Below are positions 30,304 through 39,285 of a DNA stretch of 64,000 nucleotides, in pieces. The position numbers and the translations under genes are program-made. The notes beneath the pieces are model-generated. The model worked only from the letters and a program-made list of their open reading frames with translations. It searched no databases and was not told where the DNA came from. How positions within the stretch are numbered: position 1 is the first letter of the stretch; every line of letters starts with the position of its first letter. This DNA is from an uncultured delta proteobacterium (GTDB taxonomy: Bacteria > Myxococcota > Myxococcia > Myxococcales > Myxococcaceae): positions 1-64,000 of the forward strand of contig CAVYSY010000024.1 of assembly GCA_963771175.1 (NCBI GenBank). The letters run 5' to 3'.

Positions 30304-30700
30304 GGGGTGCGTTTCGTTGATTTCGCGAGGGTGGGGGCCCCCCGAACAGGTGTCAAACACTTCGTACGGACAAGCACTTCGTACACGGCTGATGCGTCGC
30401 ATCCCGTACAACGTGCCTGACACCTTCCCAGCACTCGAAGGGCGGACCCATTCACCCGCGCCCCTCTCGCCGAGCCGTCCAGGTGAACGGCCGCCATGAC
30501 CCTCGCCCTATTGCGCGGCCCTCACATCCGAGACCCCCCCACCACGAGACCGGCGCCTGCACCCCTGCTGTGGTGCCGCTCGACTGAGCCGGATTGGAAC
30601 CAGGAGCCCAGTTGCGGCGCTCTCGAATCGTGGTGCCCATTCTGACGAATGAGGAAGCACCACCCGAGTTCTTCGAAGGCACGACGAAAGGACGGCCATC

Positions 30701-31180
30701 ATGCAACCCGAGGCGCAGCAGGCGAGCGTTACCACTCCAACTGTTCGCGAAATCCGGATCGAGCGAATCTTCAACGCGGCCCGCGAACGCGTGTGGCAGG
30801 CAATGACGGAGCCGGAACTGGTCGCGCAGTGGTGGGGCCGAGGCAACAAGCTGGTCATCGAGCGAATGGAGGTTCGACGAGGCGGACACTGGCGTTTCGT
30901 CGAGCACGGCCCCGAGGGAATTAGTGGGTTCGAAGGCCGCTATCGCGAGGTGACGCCGCCAGAGCGCTTCGTGCACACGTTCGAGTGGGACGGCATGCCG
31001 GGCCACGTGGTGATCGAAACCGTCACGCTCGAGGAGCTCGCCGACGGTCGCACCCGGATCGTCAACACGTCCCTCTTCCACACCACGGAGGAGCGGGACG
31101 GAATGCTGAGCTCGGGAATGGAGCAGGGCCTCAACCAGAGCTACGCCGCACTCGACAGGCTGCTCGCCGCAGTCTCCTAG
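30701..31180 (+). CDS. SRPBCC/AHSA1 family protein
   Basis: RIFNAARERVWQAMTEPELVAQWWG, GGHWRF, SGMEQG. Confidence 0.9.
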   Translation: MQPEAQQASVTTPTVREIRIERIFNAARERVWQAMTEPELVAQWWGRGNKLVIERMEVRRGGHWRFVEHGPEGISGFEGRYREVTPPERFVHTFEWDGMPGHVVIETVTLEELADGRTRIVNTSLFHTTEERDGMLSSGMEQGLNQSYAALDRLLAAVS

Positions 31181-31383
31181 CTCATTTGAGTCCAGCCGGC
31201 CCACGGTGCGCACCGCGCGGAAGCGGTTGCGTCCTGACTCGTGCTCGTAGGCGACGACCAGCTCATCGCCCTCCATTCTCGAAATCCTCCTCGGCCAGCT
31301 TCACCGAGCGGTAGCGGCGCTGCCGCGCCCCTCCTGGGAGGGCGGTCTGAGCAGGCGTGTGCCCCAAAGGGGCTGCAGGGCGA

Positions 31384-31431
31384 GTGCTCCGGCGCGGCGC
31401 ACGGCCTTGCTGGCCCCGGCAGCCGCCCTCC
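31384..31431. repeat. 48-bp direct repeat, copy 1
   Basis: GTGCTCCGGCGCGGCGCACGGCCTTGCTGGCCCCGGCAGCCGCCCTCC, identical to 33123-33170. Confidence 0.85.
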
Positions 31432-31464
31432 TGCTCCAGCCCGCCGTCCGCAGGGGGGACTCCA

Positions 31465-31770
31465 TCTCCCCTATGCGTCTCAATATTGAACACTGACATC
31501 CACATTGGCGGCTTCGTAACAATCAATGTTTCCTCAACTGCATAACATGATGCTCGCATGGTGATTACAGCACACTGTTCGACCCTTGCGATGTAACTGG
31601 CGGAGCCATTTTGGAAGACTGCGTATTCATGGGCTCCCCCATGCCACGACACTTCCAAAATCGCATGCCGGCAGCAACGCCCCCATCGGCGCAGGCAGCG
31701 TTGTTTCAACAAAGGCCGCACCAAGCTCAACAATTCCTGGTGTTCCCACAAACACATCTCGGATGACTGA
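31465..31770 (+). pseudogene. decayed 3' half of a hexapeptide-repeat sugar acetyltransferase (PglD/NeuD-like)
   Basis: Across frames: DIHIGGFVTINVSSTA*HD / GDYSTL..CDVTGGAILEDCVFMGS / HATTLP...IGAGSVV...GVP. In-frame stop at 31543, frameshifts and low GC. Confidence 0.7.
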
Positions 31771-31903
31771 ATTTGAGCACTGCGGCAACACAGTCTCCTC
31801 AACCATCCCGATTACCCTAAAATCCTACTTGTAAAAGTGCTTGTGGTGCCCCCCAAACAATCATCGCTCTTCAGGAGTTTTATTTTCAATCAGGAGCCAA
31901 ACC

Positions 31904-33078
31904 GTGCTCAATACTCCCTTTTCTCCCTGGCCCTCCTTCACCGAAGAAGAAGCCAATTCTGTGCGCAATGTGATTCTATCCAACAAGGTCAACTACTGGA
32001 CCGGGCAGGAATGTCGCGAGTTTGAAAAGGAATTCGCCGCCTGGGCCGGTAGTGAGTATGCCATTGCCCTGGCCAACGGCACAGTGGCGCTGGATGTGGC
32101 GCTGCAGGCACTGGGCATCGGTGCCGGCGACGAGGTGGTGGTGACACCGCGCACCTTCCTCGCTTCGGTTTCCAGCATCGTCAACGCTGGCGCCGTGCCT
32201 GTGTTCGCCGACGTGGATCGCGACTCGCAGAACATCACCGCCGAAACCATCCGCGCGGTGCTGACACCGCGCACCCGCGCGGTGATCTGCGTGCATCTGG
32301 CCGGCTGGCCGTGCGACATGGACCCGATCATGGCGCTGGCGCCAAGCACGACCTGAAGGTGATCGAGGACTGCGCCCAGGCCCACGGCGCGCGCTACAAA
32401 GGCCGCTCGGTCGGCACCATCGGCCATGTCGGCGCCTGGTCGTTCTGCCAGGACAAGATCATGACCACCGGCGGCGAGGGCGGCATGGTCACCACCAACG
32501 ACCCGCGAGCTGTGGTCGAAGATGTGGTCGCTCAAGGACCACGGCAAGAGCTGGGAGGCGGTCTACAAGCGCCAGCAGCGCCGGGCTTCCGCTGGCTGCA
32601 CGAGAGCTTCGGCACCAACTGGCGGATGATGGAGATGCAGGCGGTGATCGGTCGCATCCAGCTGCGCCGCATGGCCGACTGGCATGCCCGCCGACTGGCC
32701 AATGCGCAGCGGATCTGGAATTGCGCGCGCCAGCTGCCCGGCCTGCGCGTGCCGGTCATTCCCGAGGACAGCGTGCATGCCGCCTACAAGTGCTATGTGT
32801 TCGTCGAACCGAAGCAGCTGAAGGCCGGCTGGGACCGCGACCGCATCCTCGGTGAAATCGCCGCACGTGGCGTGCCCTGCTCCTCCGGTTCTTGCTCCGA
32901 GGTGTACCTGGAGAAGGCCTTCGACAACACCAACTGGCGTCCGGCCAAGCGCCTGCCAGTGGCCCGTGAGCTGGGCGAGACCAGCCTGATGTTCCTGGTG
33001 CATCCGACCCTTACCGCCGCGGAAATCGACAAGACGTGCATGGTACTGGCCGAGGTGATGGCAGAGGCGACCGCGTAA
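31904..33078 (+). CDS. DegT/DnrJ/EryC1/StrS sugar aminotransferase; frameshifts near 32345, 32505 and 32575
   Basis: GTG start with a CAGGAG RBS. ANGTVAL, VHLAGWP, IEDCAQAHGA, SFCQDKIMTTGGEGG, GTNWRM. Confidence 0.88.
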
Positions 33079-33122
33079 CGGGCACGCCTTTCGCCGTCTC
33101 TGGACGGGGCGCGGCACGGCGG

Positions 33123-33170
33123 GTGCTCCGGCGCGGCGCACGGCCTTGCTGGCCCCGGCAGCCGCCCTCC
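33123..33170. repeat. 48-bp direct repeat, copy 2
   Basis: Identical to 31384-31431. Confidence 0.85.
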
Positions 33171-33233
33171 GCCTCCTCCCTTCTCCAGCCCGCCGCGCGC
33201 AGGAGGGCACGGGGAACTGGCCAAGGCTCCCCA

Positions 33234-33263
33234 TCGACAACGGCGGGACGAGGCCACCATAAT
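33234..33263 (+). promoter_or_regulatory. sigma70-like promoter (repeated at 34405-34434)
   Basis: TCGACA-N18-CATAAT about 30 nt upstream of the 142-aa ORF, conserved in both copies. Confidence 0.5.
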
Positions 33264-33293
33264 CTCCAGCCCCAACATCACCCCGAGGTTCGA

Positions 33294-33722
33294 ATGAGCG
33301 ATGGAACCGACATTGAGCAACTCGATGCCCCCCCGCCGATCTCCGCCGAGCTGCGCGCGAAGATCCTCGCGGACCCGAACGTGGCGAAGATGGCCGCGGA
33401 GCTCGAGATGGACCTCGACGAGTTCGTCAACACCGTCGGCTACTACATGAACAACCCGGGCGTGGAGCCCGCCTTCCTCGTCGTCAGCGACGAGAACCTG
33501 CGGAAGATGGGTGTCGAGCCGCCCACCGCCGAGGCCATCGAGGCCAACGTGCGCGCCAGCGTCGAGGCCATCAAGGCCGGCCAGGCTCCGAGCGGCTTCG
33601 ACGAGCCCCGCAAGAAGAACGTCGTGGACCTGGCTTCCCAGGGCGGCGCGGCCGTGAAAATCAACGCCGATCCTGGCCTCGAAGACGCGCTGAAGAAGGG
33701 CCGAACCTCGGTAAAGCCCTGA
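33294..33722 (+). CDS. acidic hypothetical protein, 142 aa (copy 1)
   Basis: ATG with a GAGG RBS. Differs from copy 2 by one residue (A/E). Confidence 0.85.
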   Translation: MSDGTDIEQLDAPPPISAELRAKILADPNVAKMAAELEMDLDEFVNTVGYYMNNPGVEPAFLVVSDENLRKMGVEPPTAEAIEANVRASVEAIKAGQAPSGFDEPRKKNVVDLASQGGAAVKINADPGLEDALKKGRTSVKP

Positions 33723-33830
33723 TTCCACGGGACTTTTCAAAAAATCTTCGTCCCCAGGAAACATCCAGCCGCAGCCCGCGATAATCCCTTCAACTCAGTA
33801 ATTTTTCCTTTCTACACAAGAGAGTGCGCC

Positions 33831-34289
33831 ATGGGCTTTATCAAGGGCATCGGCAAGGCGTTCAAGAAGATCGGTAGCTTCGCCAAGAAGGCGGTCGGCT
33901 TCGCGAGCAAGATTCTCAACGGCCCCATCGGGAAGATCGCCTCGTTCATCCCGGGCGTTGGTCCCTTCATCGCGGGCGCCTCGAAGATTGTCGGCATCGC
34001 CAACGGCGTGCTCAACGGTGGTGGCCTCAAGGGCATCATCGGCGGCCTCGTCGACAGCTTCGGCGGCGGTCTGCTCGGCAAGGCCGGTTCGCTCCTGAGC
34101 AAGACGGGTCTCGGCTCCGTCATCGGCCTGGGCTCGCAGGCCAACAGCACCGGCGGCGTCCTCGACCTGGTCAAGGGCCTGATGAGCTCCCGCAAGAACG
34201 ACCAGTCCGCTGCCGCTCAGGGCGACAAGTACAACCTGAGCCAGTTCGCCGCCTTCAAGGTCGCCGACCTGCTCCGCGCCGCCGCCTGA
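33831..34289 (+). CDS. cationic Gly-rich amphipathic protein, 152 aa (copy 1)
   Basis: MGFIKGIGKAFKKIGSFAKKAVGFASKIL... Strong codon bias and a terminator follows. Confidence 0.85.
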   Translation: MGFIKGIGKAFKKIGSFAKKAVGFASKILNGPIGKIASFIPGVGPFIAGASKIVGIANGVLNGGGLKGIIGGLVDSFGGGLLGKAGSLLSKTGLGSVIGLGSQANSTGGVLDLVKGLMSSRKNDQSAAAQGDKYNLSQFAAFKVADLLRAAA

Positions 34290-34314
34290 TCGGCCCGCAT
34301 CCGCTCTACTCCAT

Positions 34315-34350
34315 GGGGTGCACGCTCTCTGGCGTGCACCCCTTTTTCTT
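34315..34350 (+). terminator. intrinsic terminator
   Basis: GGGGTGCACGC-loop-GCGTGCACCCC followed by TTTTTCTTT. Confidence 0.85.
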
Positions 34351-34475
34351 TCCTGCCACGGCCCACAGCGCCCGCCGTCACGGGGAAGTGGCCAAGACTC
34401 CCCATCGACAACGGCGGGACGAGGCCACCATAATCTCCAGTCATTTCCAGTCCCAACATCACCCCCGAGGTTCGA

Positions 34476-34904
34476 ATGAGCGATGGAACCGACATTGAGC
34501 AACTCGATGCCCCCCCGCCGATCTCCGCCGAGCTGCGCGCGAAGATCCTCGCGGACCCGAACGTGGCGAAGATGGCCGCGGAGCTCGAGATGGACCTCGA
34601 CGAGTTCGTCAACACCGTCGGCTACTACATGAACAACCCGGGCGTGGAGCCCGCCTTCCTCGTCGTCAGCGACGAGAACCTGCGGAAGATGGGTGTCGAG
34701 CCGCCCACCGCCGAGGCCATCGAGGCCAACGTGCGCGCCAGCGTCGAGGCCATCAAGGCCGGCCAGGCTCCGAGCGGTTTCGACGAGCCCCGCAAGAAGA
34801 ACGTCGTGGACCTGGCTTCCCAGGGCGGCGAGGCCGTGAAAATCAACGCCGATCCTGGCCTCGAAGACGCGCTGAAGAAGGGCCGAACCTCGGTAAAGCC
34901 CTGA
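34476..34904 (+). CDS. acidic hypothetical protein, 142 aa (copy 2)
   Basis: Near-identical to 33294..33722. Confidence 0.85.
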   Translation: MSDGTDIEQLDAPPPISAELRAKILADPNVAKMAAELEMDLDEFVNTVGYYMNNPGVEPAFLVVSDENLRKMGVEPPTAEAIEANVRASVEAIKAGQAPSGFDEPRKKNVVDLASQGGEAVKINADPGLEDALKKGRTSVKP

Positions 34905-35023
34905 TTCCACGGGACTTTTCAAAAAATCTTCGTCCCCAGGAAACATCCAGCCGCTGCCCTCGATAATCCGTTCAAAGCAGCAACTTCAACCCCCGCAATT
35001 TTCCACACACGAGAGAGTTCGCC

Positions 35024-35482
35024 ATGGGCTTTATCAAGGGCATCGGCAAGGCGTTCAAGAAGATCGGTAGCTTCGCCAAGAAGGCGGTCGGCTTCGCGAG
35101 CAAGATTCTCAACGGCCCCATCGGGAAGATCGCCTCGTTCATCCCGGGCGTTGGTCCCTTCATCGCGGGCGCCTCGAAGATTGTTGGCATCGCCAACGGC
35201 GTGCTCAACGGTGGTGGCCTCAAGGGCATCATCGGCGGCCTCGTCGACAGCTTCGGTGGCGGCCTGCTCGGCAAGGCCGGTTCTCTCCTGAGCAAGACGG
35301 GCCTCGGCTCCGTCATCGGCCTGGGCTCGCAGGCCAACAGCACCGGCGGCGTCCTCGACCTGGTCAAGGGTCTGATGAGCTCCCGCAAGAACGACCAGTC
35401 CGCTGCCGCTCAGGGCGACAAGTACAACCTGAGCCAGTTCGCCGCCTTCAAGGTCGCCGACCTGCTCCGCGCCGCCGCCTGA
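35024..35482 (+). CDS. cationic Gly-rich amphipathic protein, 152 aa (copy 2)
   Basis: Protein identical to copy 1, with only synonymous DNA differences. Confidence 0.85.
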   Translation: MGFIKGIGKAFKKIGSFAKKAVGFASKILNGPIGKIASFIPGVGPFIAGASKIVGIANGVLNGGGLKGIIGGLVDSFGGGLLGKAGSLLSKTGLGSVIGLGSQANSTGGVLDLVKGLMSSRKNDQSAAAQGDKYNLSQFAAFKVADLLRAAA

Positions 35483-35507
35483 TCGGCCCGAATCCGCTCC
35501 ACTTCTT

Positions 35508-35544
35508 GGGGTGCACGCTCTCGGGCGTGCACCCCTTTTTCTTT
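35508..35544 (+). terminator. intrinsic terminator
   Basis: GGGGTGCACGC-loop-GCGTGCACCCC followed by TTTTTCTTT. Confidence 0.85.
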
Positions 35545-35944
35545 CCTGCCCCTGCCCACAGCTCCAAGTCCCCTGCCGCGCCCCTCCTGGGAGAGCGGCC
35601 TGGGCCGGCGAAGTGAACCTCCTCCGCCTCCTGTCCGTGAACAGCCCCACCTGGGCGAGCAGGTCCGCCGTCCAGGTGCGCGTGCCGTCGGTGCAGCTCT
35701 TCACCCCCCGTGTGTGAGTACGTGAGCGGGCTCTCCAGCGTGAGTGCTCAGCGTGCGCGAGGCGCAGGCGGCGGCTCGAGCGCCAGCAGGTGACCAGGCC
35801 TGACGAGCTGGACCAGGAATCATTCCGCACCCTCTCTCACTTCCTGGCCTGAGCGGGGCCACTCCTGGACTGGCCTGGCCAGGAAGCCTTACCAGTCCAC
35901 ACAGGTTGTCTGAGGTGTCCCCAGTAGCCGTCACCTGGAGTCCA

Positions 35945-37108
35945 ATGGCCGCGACAAGCGCAGAGCTCCGGAAGTTCGTCACCCCCGAGATCATCCATGG
36001 CTCGGGCGCCAGGCTCCTGGTTGGCCGCTATGCGCGCAACATCGGCGCCGCCAGGGTGCTGGTCGTCTCCGACCCGGGCGTGGTCGCCGCCGGATGGACC
36101 GGGGAGGTGCTCGCCTCGCTGGAGCGCGAGGGCCTGCCCTACCACCTCTTCACCGAGGTGAGCCCCAACCCTCGCGCCGAGCAGGTGCAGCGAGGCGTCG
36201 AGCACTGCCTCGAACATGGCTGCGAGACCATCGTCGCCGTGGGCGGCGGCAGCCCCATGGACTGTGCCAAGGGCATAGGAATCGTTCTCGCCCATCACAC
36301 CCCCATCCTCGACTTCGAGGGCGTGGACCGTATCCATTACCCCATTCCCCCGCTCATCTGCGTACCCACTACGGCGGGCAGCGCGGCGGACGTCTCCCAG
36401 TTCGCAATCATCACCGACACCGAGCGACGCCTCAAAGTCTCCATTGTCAGCAAGGCGCTCGTCCCCGACCTCTCCCTCATCGACTACGACACCACCCTCA
36501 CGCTCACCCCCGACCTCGTTGCTTGCTCGGGCATGGATGCCTTCGTCCATGCCGTGGAGGCCTTCAGCTCCAACGCGTACTCGGTGCTCACCGACATGTA
36601 CGCGCTCGCCGCCCTGCCCCTCTTGTGGAGCAACCTGCCGGCCGCGGTCGCCGAGCCACCAGACCCAGGGGCGCGCAAGGCGGTGATGATTGGCAGCATG
36701 GAGGCCGGGCTGGCCTTCTCCAATGCCTCGCTGGGGGCCGTGCATGCCATGGCCCATGCGCTCGGCGGGCTGGTGGACAACCCTCATGGCGAGGCCAATG
36801 CCATGCTCGTGGAGCACGTGGTGGCGTTCAATTACGAGGCCGCTCCGGAGCGGTTCGACATCATCGCCGAGCGGCTGGGACTCGAGCTGGCCGGCCTGTC
36901 CCCTGGCGAGCGGAAGCGGGCCCTGCTCGGTGCGATCCGGCAGCTCAAGCGACAAGTGGGCATGGAGCTGCGCCTGAGGGACAGGGGCGTCACCCGCTCC
37001 GACATCCCCATGCTGGCCCGCTCCGCCCTGGCGGACCCCTGCATGGTGACCAACCCTCGCCGCCCCAACCTACGCGATGTAGAGGTCATGTATGAAGAGG
37101 CACTCTGA
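35945..37108 (+). CDS. iron-containing alcohol dehydrogenase, ErcA-like
   Basis: LRKFVTPEII N-terminus, GGGSPMDCAKG, PTTAGS, FSNASLGAVHAMAH, HGEANA, TNPR. Confidence 0.85.
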   Translation: MAATSAELRKFVTPEIIHGSGARLLVGRYARNIGAARVLVVSDPGVVAAGWTGEVLASLEREGLPYHLFTEVSPNPRAEQVQRGVEHCLEHGCETIVAVGGGSPMDCAKGIGIVLAHHTPILDFEGVDRIHYPIPPLICVPTTAGSAADVSQFAIITDTERRLKVSIVSKALVPDLSLIDYDTTLTLTPDLVACSGMDAFVHAVEAFSSNAYSVLTDMYALAALPLLWSNLPAAVAEPPDPGARKAVMIGSMEAGLAFSNASLGAVHAMAHALGGLVDNPHGEANAMLVEHVVAFNYEAAPERFDIIAERLGLELAGLSPGERKRALLGAIRQLKRQVGMELRLRDRGVTRSDIPMLARSALADPCMVTNPRRPNLRDVEVMYEEAL

Positions 37109-38513
37109 GAAGAGGCACTCTGAGTCGTGGGCCCGCGGGGGTGGGGAGTTCCAGCGCGAGGAGATCATCGGCCTCGGTCACCGCTCGCTCCGCAAGAGCT
37201 ACTTCGGCGCACTCCAGGCCCGCCTCACCGAGCTGGCTCGCTTCCGCGCCCTGCTCGACGAGAGCAGCGATGCGATCATCCTCGCCGAGCTGCCGGGCTT
37301 CCTCGTGGTGGATGTGAACCGTGCTGGCCAGCGGCTGCTCTCGTGCTCCAGTGACTCGGTGAGTGGCCGGCCGCTCGAATCCCTCTTCGACCCGTGCGAG
37401 TGGAGCCAGCTCGAGGCGCACCTGCGCCAGAGACGGGAGCAGCCCCCGGGGACGCAGGGCCCTGGCCTGCTGACGCTGCGGCGCGAGGGCGAGGCGCGGG
37501 TGCTGGAGTTCTCCGTGCGGGAGGATGAATTCGGGCACCGGCAGTACCTGGTGTTGGTGGCACGGGACGTGACGGAGCGGGTGCGGGCCGAGCAGGCGCT
37601 GCGGAAGGCCAAGGAGGAAGCCGAGGCCTCGGACCGGGCCAAGGCGCGATTCCTCACCATTGCCTCGCACGAGCTGCGCACCCCGCTCACCGCGCTGATG
37701 TTGCTGCTGCAGCAGGCGACCCGGAGGCCCGAGCGGCTGTCGGCGGCGGGGGGCGGCCTGCTGGAGCGGATGATGAAGCAGACGCGCTGGCTGGCCGCAA
37801 TGGCAGAAGACCTGCTGGACGTGTCGCGCCTGGAGCATGACCGGCTCGTGCTGCGGAAGCAGCGGCTGGACCTGCGGTCGCTGGTGGCCGAGGTGGTGTC
37901 TGGTTTTCAAGCGCGGGCGTCGGATCGGCACCTGGGACTGGAGCTGCCCTCGGTGCCGGTGTACGTGGAGGCGGACCCCACCCGTACGGAGCAGGTGCTC
38001 TCCAACCTGCTGGAGAATGCCTTGCAATACTCGCCCCCAGGCACGCCGGTGGAGGTGCGGCTGACGCTGCGGCAGGGAGTGGCGCGTGTGTCGGTGAAGG
38101 ACGACGGGCCGGGCATCGCCGAGGAGGACAGGGAGCGGCTCTTCAAGCCCTTCGGCCGGCTGGGAGAGGCAGGGCAGAGCACCCCGGGGCTGGGACTGGG
38201 GCTGTACCTCTCGCGGCAGATTGCCGAGCTCCAGGGCGGGGAGTTGCGCGCGGAGTCGGCGAGTGACCGGGGCTCCACCTTCTCCCTTTACCTGCCGCTG
38301 GCGTGCGAGCTGCTCCAAGAGGATGCTGGGGGCACGGCACCTGGAGACGTGGATGGGCCCACGGGCAGGTGTCCCCTGAACGGCCCTTCGACGCAGCCTG
38401 CACCACTGAGGGTGTGGGCCGCCAGCAGCAGGCGAAAAAATAGGGCGCTCGCCGGTTCCTTGGAGTTCAACCAGCGAGCGCCCTGCATCACACCGTGGCC
38501 GCACGGTGCGTGA
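37092..38513 (+). CDS. PAS sensor histidine kinase with an ErcS-like N-terminus
   Basis: IIGLGHRSLRKSYF N-terminal motif, PAS domain, ASHELRTPL, NLLENALQY, DDGPGI, GLGLGL. Confidence 0.9.
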   Translation: MKRHSEKRHSESWARGGGEFQREEIIGLGHRSLRKSYFGALQARLTELARFRALLDESSDAIILAELPGFLVVDVNRAGQRLLSCSSDSVSGRPLESLFDPCEWSQLEAHLRQRREQPPGTQGPGLLTLRREGEARVLEFSVREDEFGHRQYLVLVARDVTERVRAEQALRKAKEEAEASDRAKARFLTIASHELRTPLTALMLLLQQATRRPERLSAAGGGLLERMMKQTRWLAAMAEDLLDVSRLEHDRLVLRKQRLDLRSLVAEVVSGFQARASDRHLGLELPSVPVYVEADPTRTEQVLSNLLENALQYSPPGTPVEVRLTLRQGVARVSVKDDGPGIAEEDRERLFKPFGRLGEAGQSTPGLGLGLYLSRQIAELQGGELRAESASDRGSTFSLYLPLACELLQEDAGGTAPGDVDGPTGRCPLNGPSTQPAPLRVWAASSRRKNRALAGSLEFNQRAPCITPWPHGA

Positions 38514-38521
38514 AAACTTCT

Positions 38522-39223
38522 TTAATTCGAATCCTCGTCAGACTGCACCGCGAACGAGCCGCTGACGGTGCTCACGTCAACGTCGTGCTCCCCGTTGCCG
38601 TAGCGCTGCTCGGTCGAGCCGAGGCTCACCCCGCGCCCGTTGAAGCGGCCGCCCACCGAGGAGAAGTCCACGGTGGCCCCCGCGCCGCGCGGCAGCTTCA
38701 GCTTCACGTCGCCGGATACGGTGCTCACCTCCAGCTCCTTCATCTTCTCGGGCGCCAGCTCCACATCGCCGCTCACCGCGGACACCTCCACCGTCCCCCG
38801 CGAGCCCTTCAGCGATATGTCGCCGCTCACCACGGACACCTCCTGCGGCCCCGCCACTCCGGACGCCGTCACGTCCGCCCTCACCGTGCTCACCTCCAGC
38901 GAGGAGTCGCGCGGCACCTTCAGCGTGAAGTGCGTGGCCACCGGGTTGTTGCAGTTGCTGGTCTTCCTCGAGCAGGAGCCGTCGCAGCACACCCGCACCG
39001 TCACCTCGTCCCCGTCCTTCTTCACCTCGATGGGGTACTTCGCGCGCTCCTCCTCGCCGCCCTCCTGCTTCGACTCCACCGACACCGACTTCCCGTCCAC
39101 CGCCTCCACCCGCACGGAGCCGTTGATGTTGGCGACACTCACCTTGGGAGTGCCATTCGTGTCGAGCTGCCAGGACTGAGATGCGGGAGCGGCGGCCAGG
39201 ATCAGGAGCAGGGCGAGATTCAC
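38522..39223 (-). CDS. DUF4097 beta-strand-repeat (adhesin-like) exported protein
   Basis: Repeated VSxVSGD motifs. Signal-peptide-like start at GTG 39223. Confidence 0.8.
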   Translation of the reverse strand: MNLALLLILAAAPASQSWQLDTNGTPKVSVANINGSVRVEAVDGKSVSVESKQEGGEEERAKYPIEVKKDGDEVTVRVCCDGSCSRKTSNCNNPVATHFTLKVPRDSSLEVSTVRADVTASGVAGPQEVSVVSGDISLKGSRGTVEVSAVSGDVELAPEKMKELEVSTVSGDVKLKLPRGAGATVDFSSVGGRFNGRGVSLGSTEQRYGNGEHDVDVSTVSGSFAVQSDEDSN

Positions 39224-39285
39224 GGCGGTTCCTCGGGAAGGGAGAAGGCTGTCGCCCTCCCCTACGAGCCGCCGGAAAAACGATT

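Larger units (their letters stand above)
33208..35562 (+). repeat. tandem duplication of a ~1.17-kb two-gene unit (copy 1 ~33208-34369, copy 2 ~34379-35562)
   Basis: Both ORFs, the promoter-like elements and the terminator are repeated. The intergenic parts have diverged. Confidence 0.95.

Noticed and set aside
33208..35562. The duplication as an assembly artefact
   Set aside because: The copies differ by synonymous substitutions and have diverged spacers, which is a biological pattern.
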